Assembly (NCBI RefSeq): GCF_001194135.2
Contig: NC_068987.1
Location: 84,168,571 to 84,215,636 of the forward strand
Origin: Octopus bimaculoides
Lineage: Eukaryota
Direction of reading: 5' to 3'
DNA length: 47,066 nt
The stretch's first letter is position 1; each line of letters begins with the position of its first letter. Positions 1 through 12,163 of the stretch are shown here, piece after piece. The notes beneath the pieces were generated by a model, which was not told the DNA's origin, ran no database searches, and saw nothing but the letters and a program-made list of their open reading frames with translations. A program made the position numbers and the translations under genes.

Positions 1-147
1 CATACATGCATACATACATACATACATAATATATATATATATATATACGTACATACACACAAGTATATACGTATATAAGAACATATGTGCGCACATTCTT
101 GGATATATACATAGAGTGATCACTCGCTCGCATATTTATATATATAC

Positions 148-231
<84 letters not shown>

Positions 232-318
232 AAAATATACATATGCACACACATATACATTCGTTATATATATGTATATAGAGCCATGCATACATATGTA
301 CGTACATGCATGCATGCA

Positions 319-350
<32 letters not shown>

Positions 351-355
351 CAAAC
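1..355. repeat. Compound microsatellite (CATA)n/(TA)n/(TG)n
   Basis: Directly visible; explains ORFs 116..385 and 136..396. Confidence 0.97.
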
Positions 356-1116
356 GGTAATATAATTAAAGTTGCATCAATGTAATAATGCTGCAAGTAA
401 ATGGTCTCAGTTATTCTTTCGGAAACATGAATTATTATTGAAATTTTCTTATTCTTTCATATTTTTCCTCTCTTTTTCTGTTTCGTTTTCGTTTGAAACA
501 TCTTATTTCCAAATAATGGTGTTGAATTAAGTGAACATGAATAGATTCTCCGAGTTTCGTTTACTATGTGATTATAGAAAATCTACGGAACATAGTCGAA
601 TATAATCTCTTCAGAAATAAATTTTAAAATTAAAATTAAATAAAAAACAGGATTTAGAGGAAAATTCAAGATAATTAGCATTTCGTTATATATCTTGATT
701 TTTACGAAAGCTATACATTTGGATATTTGGAAATGATTAGAATACTTGCAATACTTTAGACACTTTTTTAATGCACAATTTGAATAATATTTCCAAAATA
801 ATTTGATATCTTTTGAATATATCAGTCTTAGAAAATCGTGTCTGTTATCATTCTACGTATATTGTTTGTTTTATTCCGGTGTGGTCGTGGTTGAAATTAA
901 TAACAAATTTCAAATAATAATAAGCACAACTCATATAAAAGCTTCAGCTATGTCAATGTGTCTGCGTAGAATAAATAATAAGCTATGTGCTGTAGTCATT
1001 AAGGAGCTATATCTCATAGGATATAAGCATTTTTAAGATAATGAAATAGTTCTCTAACTTGCTTAATCGAATTCAGAATTGAGTTGTGACTATGAACGAT
1101 TCTATTTTTCTGCTCC

Positions 1117-1285
1117 TTGGAGCCTTTGGTTCATTGTCGAAATGTATCTTCGTAAGGTCTTTTCTATAAGTATCTCCATGGCTATCGTTTCGACGAACTT
1201 TCTGGTTTAGTACCCTTTTGAAAAAACTTTAAGCGTGCAACCCACTTCTGTACTCAGGCGTGTCGCTTCACTCCTTTATTTTCTT
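1117..1285 (+). mobile_element. Degenerate CR1/L2-group LINE ORF2 C-terminal remnant
   Basis: Manual translation across a frameshift gives LEPLVHCRNVSS / SFYKYLHGYRFDELSGLVPF*KNFKRATHF, resembling the post-RT L.PL.HRRNV.SL.LFYKY.HG...ELS.LVP region; has stops. Confidence 0.6.
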
Positions 1286-1874
1286 CTTAGTAGACTTTTT
1301 AGGTTACGGTGGCCTTAAGTATTTTTCTCACAAAACGCTAGCGGTGCCGGGAAAGCAATCTGGCTTACACCATCACTTCGAATCATAACACACAATTGCC
1401 CCACAACAGTTACGATATATAAGAGAGGCAAAAGTGTAGGCTTTTGAAATAGAATACAAACAAGAAATAAATATGCCCTCCATAGTTTGATACAAGGCCT
1501 GTGTCTGTGACTGTTTGCCAACATTATTGCACGTTAGTGATGCAGACCAAACCGTACATGCACACGGTCACACGAAGTACTACAATTTAGAAATAAGTTT
1601 CTAAATGTTATTCAAATGAAACCTTACTCAGCGGCCTCGTGTTAAGAATAGAGTAACTGGCCACAGCATGCATATATATATATATATATATATATACAAA
1701 ATATGGTCGTTTATTTCACAGGCGATCGATCTAAACGATTAGGTACGCTAGTTAAGTCCTGTAACGGATTACTAGGGCTCCAAAGTTATAGCCGAGACGG
1801 TAGTTATGGAGCCATTGCAGATTTCCGATGCAGCGGATATATAATATTTAAAGAGGACAGCAAACATTAAGGCA

Positions 1875-2417
1875 AGACAAACATCTCAAGTTGTATACAA
1901 TATTATTACTGGAAACAATTCAAAGTCTTACAGTTGTTTCAGGGATATCACCTATATCACCTATCCACATTGAAAAGCCCTGATCTTAGCTAAAAACCTC
2001 ATTAGAAATTGATGTAATTCTATCTGCCAGGCAGACTCCCATATCCTTCAATAATAGGCTTTGGTCTGGCGCTAACCGCAACACTAACAGAAGCAACTTC
2101 TTTGATATAACCATGGGCTCATCACACTCCGCGCCCGTCACGGATCTAGTCGGATTGTACCTCCTTCAACAGCTCCGCACACAATTCCCCATATCAAAGG
2201 GGGTTTATATAGGGATGATGCATTGTTAATTACAACTGGTATAATGAAATCTGCATTGGAAAAAATTAGAAATCACCTACATAAATTCTTCGCCAATCTA
2301 TCTCTTTCGAAAACACTAGATATAAAGAACACCTCTCGAAACTTAGCTCTGACAATCGCGCACAAATATTGGAAATCCAATCCCTCCAACTACGATCAGT
2401 TAATCTTGACGACCTAG
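1875..2417 (+). mobile_element. Penelope-like element reverse transcriptase remnant (frameshifted)
   Basis: Frame from 2011 reads DVILSARQTPISFNNRLW...FDITMGSSHSAPVTDLVGLYLLQQL. After a frameshift, 2202-2222 reads GLYRDDA and continues into ORF 2223..2417 (LITTG...EKIRNHLHKFF). This matches the FDvTMGs..ga.v..LVGLY.L / GLYRDD signature of PLE RTs. Confidence 0.85.
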
Positions 2418-2599
2418 CACCTGCACGCACGACACTTGATCTAGGAACACTTATACTAACATTAGATCTTCCACATCTCCTCTAACGTTCACTAGGAATT
2501 ACCCCCCCACACACACACACACACTTAACACCTCCATTCGCTTTAAACGTTAAGGGCCTCGCAAAAGCTTTCTTTAAACCGATGCAAACACTAATAGAC

Positions 2600-2916
2600 A
2601 CACTGACACTAACAATACTAATTATATTATAACCATTACAACAAATAATACATGTCATTCAACTACTAATAGGATTAGTAATAATATGAATGCTAACACC
2701 AACAACAATATTACCATTACTGAAAACCGTACAATAATTAACACACCTACCACAAACGCAACCATTTATAGCCGCAATAATAACATCACTAATACCACCT
2801 CCTCTAACACTGCTAATGCTAACACTACAACCAATGAAACTACTACGGCCGCTGCTGCTGCTGTTGCTATGCTGCTGCTGCTGTTGCTGCTACCTCTACT
2901 ACTAGTACTATCAATA

Positions 2917-2964
<48 letters not shown>
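2600..2964. repeat. Degenerate AAC/ACT/GCT trinucleotide low-complexity tract followed by (TA)n
   Basis: Directly visible; source of the N/T-rich ORF 2686..3225. Confidence 0.85.
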
Positions 2965-3214
2965 NNNNNNNNNNNNNNNNNNNNNNNNNNNNNNNNNNNN
3001 NNNNNNNNNNNNNNNNNNNNNNNNNNNNNNNNNNNNNNNNNNNNNNNNNNNNNNNNNNNNNNNNNNNNNNNNNNNNNNNNNNNNNNNNNNNNNNNNNNNN
3101 NNNNNNNNNNNNNNNNNNNNNNNNNNNNNNNNNNNNNNNNNNNNNNNNNNNNNNNNNNNNNNNNNNNNNNNNNNNNNNNNNNNNNNNNNNNNNNNNNNNN
3201 NNNNNNNNNNNNNN

Positions 3215-3253
<39 letters not shown>

Positions 3254-4254
3254 CGATATAGATAGCGATATAGATATATGTGTTCGCGTGTGTGAATGTG
3301 TGTGTGTTTGTATATATATATATATCTATATATACGTACACGCACATGTATATACATACATACATACATGCATACATATATAAAGCCATTTAAACGTATA
3401 TATTTATGCATATATACGTTTAAATTGCTTCGAAAAAGCTAATGAACGTTTTACAAGGTCTCAGCTTCCAGTACATTGAGTCTTGTAGTAGAAACATCTG
3501 TAAGGTATTGAAAGTTATAACGTAACTCCTCTTCGTTTGTAGTTCATCATTTGATAATGCTCTGTTCATCTACCTGTCTGTCTGTCTGTCTGTCTTTCTA
3601 TCTATCTATATGTGTCTTTGTATACACACATATATTCGGCTCAGTCGAGGCTTACACACACATACACACACAAACACTCGCAAAAATCTCACACATTACA
3701 TATTCAATTAATGATTAGAATAAGAAATACCTGAATATTACAGGATTTATTTTTTACGTGCATTAACTCTTGAACAATTTCTGTGAAATCAAATAATCTC
3801 CTATTTTCAAATGTGAACACATTAAGAGAAAAAGAATATAGTTGGAATCATAAGCAGAAAATAGAAAAAAGGAAAAACACACACAAACACACACTCACTC
3901 ATATGTATGTATATATCTAAAGGAACAGAGGCATTTTATATGTATATCTATATCTATGTATCTATACATATCTATCTATACGTATATTCACATATAGAAA
4001 TGTACATACACGCATACACGCATACACATATACACACACATATACTTAGATTACGTAATAGACTACAATAGTTAGATTAGGCAAAATCTCAAAAGTTTGA
4101 GAAAGTATGTAAGCACAAAAATAAATAACATAAAAAGTTGTGCACCGTAAATTGTAGGAAAATAAGTGAACTGATATTTCGGGTGAAGACATTATGAAAT
4201 AGAAATAATACATTTCTAAATCTCCCAGAGAGATTTATGCGGTAGTGATACGAT

Positions 4255-4590
4255 AAAGTAGTTGTATGCTGTCAACTTAATGTGACAGTCACATGAAGGG
4301 ACTAATACCACTGCTATTTAGCCCTAGGAAGCAGCACCGCTTCCTGTTGGCCTTGACGCATTTCCTGTGTCCTTATGTTTATCCAGACTGATGACTAGCA
4401 AAGACTCAGAAACTAGTCTCTGGATGCAGGCTTAGCTGGGTGGAGGTGCTTGTCTCTCCCTTGTAAACATAAGGACACAGGAAATGTGTCAAGGCCGACA
4501 GGAAGCGGTGCTGCTTCCTAGGGCTAAATAGCAATAGCATTATTCCCTTCATGGGACTGTCACATTAAGTTGACAGCATACAACTACTTT
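4255..4590. mobile_element. Foldback element with 127-bp inverted arms and a hammerhead-like motif in the spacer
   Basis: 4255-4381 is the reverse complement of 4464-4590 with 7 mismatches by manual alignment; 82-bp spacer; no clear TSD. Confidence 0.9.
4381..4425 (+). ncRNA. Minimal type-I hammerhead ribozyme motif (stem II disrupted in this copy)
   Basis: AUCCAGA (4381-4387) pairs with UCUGGAU (4419-4425); CUGAUGA 4388-4394; GAAA 4409-4412; palindrome ACUAGU 4412-4417; GUC triplet ending at 4418. The 14 nt between the cores do not close a stem. Confidence 0.75.
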
Positions 4591-4693
4591 GTGAAAGTTG
4601 AGTTAGAAAGAAATAAGCAAAAAATAAAAACAACGAGAAGCGATACCTATTTGAAACAAATGTGTAATTTCCGATTACATCCTGTCAAATGCG

Positions 4694-4757
<64 letters not shown>

Positions 4758-4760
4758 TAA

Positions 4761-4988
4761 AGGCGACGAGCTGGCAGAAACGTTAGCGCGCCGGGCGAAA
4801 TGCTTAGCGGTATTTCGTCTGCTGCTACGTTCCGAGTTCAAATTCCGCCGAGGTCGACTTTGCCTTTCATCCTTTCGGGGTCGATTAAATAAGTACCAGT
4901 TACGCACTGGGGTCGGTATAGTCGACTTAATCCATTTGTCTGTCCTCGTTTTTCCCCCTCTGTGTGTAGCCCCTTGTGGGTAGTAAAG

Positions 4989-4994
<6 letters not shown>
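4761..4994 (+). mobile_element. tRNA-derived SINE, family A, tail variant 1
   Basis: A-box-like tggcagaaacgttagc and B-box gagttcaaattcc; near-identical organisation to the copy at 9646; ends in aaagaaataa. Confidence 0.92.
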
Positions 4995-5034
<40 letters not shown>

Positions 5035-5756
5035 CATATGTAATAGCTAGTTAGGGTAAAATTCCAACTAATTCCTCTTAAAACATGTCTTGTTATTCCT
5101 TTATTACAATCCATGTAGGTGCTGTCGTTGATGTATAAGATAGACGCAAGGTACATATTAGAGTTGAAATTTCTGGAAATATTTTTTGCAGTGTTCTTTT
5201 CTAGCAAAACGCGATACATACATATTTTTCTATGCATATATGTCTAAGTACATCTTGCCGCCATCTTCCGCAGGTGAAAGGAATAACGAAACAACTTATG
5301 ATTTTATGTATGCTGGAATAGCTGTAGTCTTTTGAAATTCACTGGAATCTATTGCATACTGGCTTAAAGGCAATATAATTCTAATACAATCTCCCTAAAA
5401 GTAAATAGTAAATTCTATACATTTGAAATGGCTCTAAATCCATAATTAATAACAGAATTCAGAGACTGGCTTTTATAATGTAAGTAGTATGTTAGTAATA
5501 TATCAGTAATTTTACTCATAATTATTCTTATAAGCATTGATTTTTGTGCTCCGTATCTGTCTGTCGTTCTCCCTCTCTGTCTCTTTCAACCTATCTATCT
5601 ATCTGTCTGTCTGTCTAGCTCTCTGTCTGTCTGTCTGTCTGTCTGTCCCTTTAATTATCCATATGTAATTCTCTTTTCTTCCATCTCTGTATATATATGA
5701 AAACCCGGCTATTACATGAAACTTGCTATTGCAATTGCAAGTGAATAAATTATAGT

Positions 5757-6058
5757 CTTTTATTCTTTTATTCTTTTACTTGTTTCAATCATTTGACTGC
5801 GGCTATGCTGCAGCACCGCTTTTAGTCGAGCAATTCACCCCACCCCGGACTCATTCTTTGTACGCCTAGCAGTTATTCTATCGGACTCTTTTGCCAAGTC
5901 GCGAAGTTTCGGGGACGTAAACACACCAACATCAGTTGTCAAGCGATGGTGCGGAGGTGGTGAACAAACACACAGATACACACACGCACACACACGCGCA
6001 CATACACACGTACATATATACGACGGGCTTCTTTCAGTTTCCATCTACAAAATCCACT
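5757..6058 (-). mobile_element. SINE family B (internal microsatellite), 5'-truncated
   Basis: Homologous to 6883-7310 from the ttttacttgtttc tail through the internal (CA)n to aaatccact. Confidence 0.9.
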
Positions 6059-6059
6059 T

Positions 6060-6170
6060 TGGCGCTGCATCATACCAAAGATCCCGTCTGCCCCATCGAA
6101 AATAAGGACACAGTACTGCAACTGTCTGGGTTTCAAGGAGGGCCTGCAATTGTTCAACATCCTTCCAGGC
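6060..6170 (+). mobile_element. Short CR1-like LINE fragment
   Basis: Reads RCIIPKIPSAPSKIRTQYCNCLGFKEGLQLFNILP, homologous to SSKYRTKHCKSLDFKRL*LFNILPK in the CR1 remnant at about 34860-34945. Confidence 0.75.
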
Positions 6171-6882
6171 ATATATATATATATATATATATACACACAA
6201 AGGAGAGAGAAAGCGAGAGAGAGAGAGATACAGAGAGGTATAATAATGTAGTTAAATTAGTCAGTGAAATTCTGCAATTGTATTTAATACGTACGTTTCA
6301 GCTTTGCTTAATGCATAATAGGAAGTGCATACGTTACGTAAACTCTCCTCAGTTAACACGTTTCAACAACTTTGAAATGCATTACATGCGGAAGATTTAG
6401 TGACACATAAAAGCCTCTAATAGTGACGCATCTACTGACCAAAAACTTCCATCTACCTAACAAAATTGTTTTGTAGACACTTAAAAAACAATCCCGTGAC
6501 TTGAACTACATACACATGTGTATATATATGTCTGTTTTTGTGTGTTTGTGTATGAAACACGCCACATCAAGACTGCCTCTATATATTAAAAACAAGTTGT
6601 TAGCGATCCAACTGCATTTCAATATTCTTCGAATTCTCTTCATTCTCCTTAGACCATTTATGCCATTTCTCGCAATATGCAACTGAAAGTAGAAATTCGT
6701 CATGACGTTGCTATGAAACTTTTATGCACCAATACCTTTTAATTTGCTAGAGCACTCGACTACTTGCCAACACTCTCCTGTTCTATGTGAACCAAAGGAA
6801 TAATATAACTGGCTGTGCAAAGGCAGAAAATACGTTTTCTTTCGACGCATTCTCTTAGTCTCACCAGAGAAAGTCTTTTAAA

Positions 6883-7310
6883 CTCTCTTTTTTTCTCTTT
6901 TTACTTGTTTCAGTCATTCGACTGCGGCCATGCTGGAGTATCGCCTTTAGTCGAGCAAATCGACCCCAGGACTTATTCTTTGCAAGCCTAGTACTTATTC
7001 TATCGGTCCTTTTTGCCGAACCGCTAGGTTACGGGGACGTAAACACACCAGCATCGGTTGTCAAGCGATGTTGGAGGGACAAACCCAAACACACAAACAT
7101 ACACACACACACACANNNNNNNNNNATATATATATATATATATATACCACGGGCTTCTTTCAGTTTCCGTCAACCAAATCCACTCACAAGGCTTTGGTCG
7201 GCCCGAGGCTATAGTAGAAGACACTTGCCCAAGGTCCCACGCAGTGAGACTGAACCCGCAACCATGTGGTTCGTAAGCAAGCTACGTACCACACAGTCAC
7301 TCCTACGCCT
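6883..7310 (-). mobile_element. Full-length tRNA-derived SINE family B
   Basis: The minus strand starts aggcgtaggagtgactgtgtggtacgtag and has a B-box-like gggttcagtc, an internal (TA)/(TG) tract with a 10-N gap, and a gaaacaagtaaaa tail. Confidence 0.93.
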
Positions 7311-8383
7311 ATGAACAAAAAATGAATAAATAAATAAAAAGGGTCTGGAAAACAGGCCCTCAAGATTTCTGGAGTTAAACTTAGAATCCCATATTTCTCT
7401 CAATGCCATTCGTATGTAGTATGCCAATTGCACTGTGCCAAACAGATATTATCTCACCAGACCAACAAACTACAGCACTGCAGAGGACGAAGTGCTGTCT
7501 ACTTGGAAAGTTTTTGTTGAATAAATGCATCTCTGTTGGAATTCCATCTGATTTATGCGTTGCATATTAATTTAGATTTAACTGAAAATATATAAAGTGA
7601 AATATAAAGACAGTATATTCCTAAGACATAAATTTAAAATTATCATTAATCATACGCTTAAAATGTCTATACATCATAGAATCTTGAAACAATTCAACTT
7701 CAGACATATTTCGGAATTACAATATATGCAAATATAATTACATATAAAAAAAGTGCTGCATAAAAAAAAAAAAAATGTAAGTCTCGTAACGTTCAACAAA
7801 AACTATGATATACGTCCATACAGATATACATGGGGATACACAAACAGAAACTCGTTTTACGTATGGTTGTGCGAAAATCTATGTAGATGTAAATATATAT
7901 ATATATATATATANNNNNNNNNNNNNNNNNNNNNNNNNNNNNNNNNNNNNNNNNNNNNNNNNNNNNNNNNNNNNNNNNNNNNNNNNNNNNNNNNNNNNNN
8001 NNNNNNNNNNNNNNNNNNNNNNNNNNNNNNNNNNNNNNNNNNNNNNNNNNNNNNNNNNNNNNNNNNNNNNNNNNNNNNNNNNNNNNNNNNNNNNNNNNNN
8101 NNNNNNNNNNNNNNNNNNNNNNNNNNNNNNNNNNNNNNNNNNNNNNNNNNNNNNNNNNNNNNNNNNNNNNNNNNNNNNNNNNNNNNNNNNNNNNNNNNNN
8201 NNNNNNNNNNNNNNNNNNNNNNNNNNNNNNNNNNNNNNNNNNNNNNNNNNNNNNNNNNNNNNNNNNNNNNNNNNNNNNNNNNNNNNNNNNNNNNNNNNNN
8301 NNNNNNNNNNNNNNNNNNNNNNNNNNNNNNNNNNNNNNNNNNNNNNNNNNNNNNNNNNNNNNNNNNNNNNNNNNNNNNNNNNN

Positions 8384-8432
<49 letters not shown>

Positions 8433-9127
8433 ATACTCTGAAGCATTGGTATTACCAGAATCAGAACAGGAAAGATGAAAAGCTATGTGAATCACTGAAA
8501 TCTGTGAACTTCAATGATTATCTCCATCTTTACTGTTTATTATGGATTCCTTGTCTCTACAGTTAAAGCAATTGCAAGAGAGCAATAGAGCCTCGGGTAA
8601 TTTACGTCATTTAATCATCTTTGCAATTTAATTTCCTTTAGGCATATCAGTCGAATAGTTTCAACGGCAACACTTCTTCAAGGTCTAGAAGAAAACGTAC
8701 ATTTTGGAGCATCTTCTAAAAACTGTAATAGCTTTTAAAAGGCTCAGAGTTATAACATAAATTTAAATGCGTCGGTATGGAATCGCCTTGACAATTCTCA
8801 TATCAAAAAAAAAAAAGGTCACAAATCGTCTTGAGATCGTGTTCGTTAATTCAAATAATCAATTAATCACTTATTTGATTATTTCTCTCTCCTGCAAGTA
8901 TTTTGTTGACAGGACAAATGTCATGCCTTCTACTTGAGACTTTTTAAACTAAGTGAATTCGAGTCTTTTTCAAAGTTTAGTCAGGATGTGTTTATAGCCC
9001 TTATCAGCCCCACTTCTAGAGCTCCGACTTTCCATGCCGAAACACTCAGACGTTGTAATTAGCGTGTCGTGTGTGGTGTCTGGTCAACACAAATGGGTAG
9101 CGATACGAGGGTCGATGTATGGGTATG

Positions 9128-9440
9128 CTGTTCTTTATTTGTTCCTTCTCGAGCCATGCTTGGCTCATAAGGGCCGGTTTCCCGGTTTCATTGGCGTATA
9201 GGTTCCCCACTCGGATGGGACGCCGGTCCGTCACAGGTGAGCTGCTAGATGCATGAGGAAAGAGTGAGAGAAAGTTGTGATGAAAGAGTCAGCAGAAGTT
9301 CACCATTACCTTCTGCCAGAGCCACGTGGAGCTTAAGTGTTTCGCTCATAAACACACACACATCACCCGGTCTGAGGTTCGAACCCGCGATCCCTCGACT
9401 TCGACTCCGCTGCTCTAACTGCTAGGACATGTGCCTCCAC
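9128..9440 (-). mobile_element. Full-length tRNA-derived SINE family C with probable 15-bp TSD
   Basis: Minus-strand head gtggaggcacatgtcctagcagttagagc...gggttcgaacc; the 3' module gaaaccgggaaaccggcccttatgag is shared with 28573; flanks cgatgtatgggtatg (9113-9127) and cgatgaatggggatg (9440-9454), 13/15 identical. Confidence 0.88.
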
Positions 9441-9645
9441 GATGAATGGGGATGGCATGAGAGAATTCGGCTCCGTGAATGAAAGGTCACGATTGTGGTA
9501 GAAGTCTCGGAGTGATGAAATATATGTATTAGAGACAGAGGCAGAATTAATTCTGTGATATGTAGTATTTATCCCCTCTTAAACGGGGATTCTCTGTTAG
9601 AACAAATAATACTGCAGCAGCTACCATGAAGGAAACTCTTATATT

Positions 9646-9877
9646 GGCGGCGAGCTGGCAAAAATGTTAGCATGCCGGGCGAAATGCTTAGCGGTATTTC
9701 GTCTGTCTTTACGTTCTAAGTTCAAATTCCACTGAGGTCGACTTTACCTTTCATCCTTTCGGGGTCGATAAATTAAGTACCAGTTACGCACTGGGGTAGA
9801 TGTAATCGACTTAATCCCTTTGTCTGTCCTTGTTTGTCTCCTCTATGTTTAGCCCCTTGTGGGCAATAAAGAAATAA
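9646..9877 (+). mobile_element. SINE family A, tail variant 1, with perfect 14-17-bp TSD
   Basis: Homologous to 4761-4994; gaaactcttatattggc occurs at 9632-9648 and 9878-9894. Confidence 0.95.
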
Positions 9878-10168
9878 GAAACTCTTATATTGGCTTTTGG
9901 TTCAAAATGCACTCTTGTTTATATCACTAGCGGTGACAAAAATCCTCACCAACTCCAGCGCCGAGACCACTAGGTCAGATAATTTTGATGGACCCTCGAC
10001 TACTATTGATAGCACTGACTCATCTCCCCGCCAGCGATATGTAGAAAAACAGTGCTAAAACAGGCGCTGGTGTTGTGATTAGCCAGTGCGCTTGTTAAAG
10101 AAATATATATTAGCGACAGAAGCAGTAGTACTACCGAGAGGTAATGTTTATCTCCATTTTAACGTGAA

Positions 10169-10622
10169 TGTTCTGTTAGAATGAGGATGCCATAGCTACA
10201 GCAGCAAGGAGGAGGTGAGATGTGTCCGAGCCTGCGAAACTACGAACGACCGGAGCTGCTGCCGTCTGCGTCGTGTATGACGGCGAGGAGCGCGTGAGCA
10301 CGAACGAACGAACGAACGAACGAACAAACGAGCGAACAAGCGAGCGGGGTGTTTACCGGGATGCGAGGTAGAGCGTGACAACTATAGAGAAGGTGAGGGC
10401 GTTCAGGTGCAGACTGATGAGGTCGTTGCGGCGCATTTGAGGACTCGATGGTCTTGTAGGGTTAAGAGGCATGTACCCGCCTCGGCGATCGCTAAGAGGA
10501 AGAGGTCAACTAGAACTACCTTTCCACACAACTACTTCAGTCAATCTGAAAGGCCCAAAATCCAAAACGGGAGTTTCTCTCGTGGTTGCTACCGCAGTAC
10601 AGTATTTCCTTATCGCAGAACA
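10169..10622. mobile_element. Candidate solo LTR (GC/CpG-rich island)
   Basis: 454-bp segment much richer in GC and CpG than its flanks, bounded by the 7-bp inverted termini TGTTCTG...CAGAACA; internal (CGAA)n. TSD is not convincing (gtgaa vs gtcac). Confidence 0.4.
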
Positions 10623-11295
10623 GTCACACTCAAGTAGGGATAAATAATACCGCTCTGTGATGAAATAGTGGGGCCATAGGAAGTGAGGCTGAAAGGTGTT
10701 GGTGAGAAGTATCTCGCCAATGAATTAAGTGGCTATGGAGAAATCTAACTGGCTATGTCTGAATGTGTAACCTCAGAAAAGCTCCTTGATATCACATCTT
10801 ATTTCATTTAAAATAATGAAACTCACATGATATATCGTATATGATGACATAAATAACGCACGTACGTGTTAGACGTATCTTGATTTCAGTCGCACATTGT
10901 GAGGAACAGCAAAAAAACATGCTTTTATTGCATTAAAGCTTATCAAATACGCATATTGGAAACCGACTGATTTTTTTTAGATCTGCTTTAGAGTCTTATA
11001 TGCCTTCAAATACGGTAATATGCTTAACAGATTTAAGCCATAGGCCTGTTCCATTAGAGCTGACTCGGCTTAACAGAATAACAAAAGCAACCGAAGTGGT
11101 TTTCAAAATATAAAACAAACAGGGAATCTGTTGAAATATTTCCGGAAATTTGTTTTGCACTTGTCCATTTAAATTTGATCAATAAGTTAAGGACATGTAA
11201 TATGCTGGTTGAAATTGAAACAGTTATATCATAGTTTTTGGTTTCATTGCGAGAAAAATAAAATCAATACTCAATAAAATGTTAGAGCAAACTCC

Positions 11296-11481
11296 TTAGA
11301 ACGCTGGACGAAATTCTTAGCGGCTCTTCCTGCTTTTACGTTCTGGGTTCGAATTCCGCTGAGGTTGACCTTGCTTTTCATCATATCGAGATCGATAAAA
11401 TAAGCAGTAGCTGAGCACTAGGATCGATGTAATCGACTTAGCCCTCCCAGAAACTGCTGGCCTTGTGCCAAAATTTCAAAA
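11296..11481 (+). mobile_element. Diverged SINE family A, tail variant 2
   Basis: B-box gggttcgaattcc, family A body, and tail gctggccttgtgccaaaatttcaaa. Confidence 0.8.
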
Positions 11482-12088
11482 TCGATATCTCAAAGATGCG
11501 CGATTCGTAGTAATTTATCATATTTCCCCAATGAAACATATCCATCAGTTAGGTGTTTGTTAACAATAATATTCAGTAATTCAAATAAAACCCATGGCGC
11601 ACTTTGTGAAAGAAGCCGTAGGTTCACAAACCACATGGAGTAATTTCTTCTACTATACTATCTCTACACACAAGAAGCTACTTTACTTAAATTGCAATAT
11701 ATAGTTACAAGTAGTGCCACCGTAAATGAACACTTTTGAGAAGGGACGAAAATTTGACAGTTTGGCATATATGCCAACAATCTATCGCGGCAACTTTAGA
11801 TTTAACATATATAAATATGCATACATGGAAATGGAATATGTGAAAAAACAACGAGATAAAGTTCAAGCATAAATTAACTCTGAAACTAAATTAACGTTGA
11901 ATTGTTCATAACTTTTGCCTAATCTTTGCCGACATATTGAATGGGCGGTAATAGTATGTCATATACATTTAATAATCGTCCATTTTAATCCTGACATTTA
12001 GCAAATAAACCAGAAGTTGTCAACAACAATGTGTCTACGTATAGAGAATGAGCAAAGGCAATAACCAACATCTATACGTGTACATGTA

Positions 12089-12163
<75 letters not shown>

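Noticed and set aside
5257-5280. YY1-like ccgccatctt next to a cag|gt splice-like site
   Set aside because: An isolated short motif with no supporting promoter or exon context.
9925-10080. Short S/T-rich open frame
   Set aside because: No motif, no start or splice support, and it stops within about 45 codons.
10414-10450. CTGATGA followed by a possible gtc/gac stem
   Set aside because: No GAAA, stem III or stem I follows; not a hammerhead.
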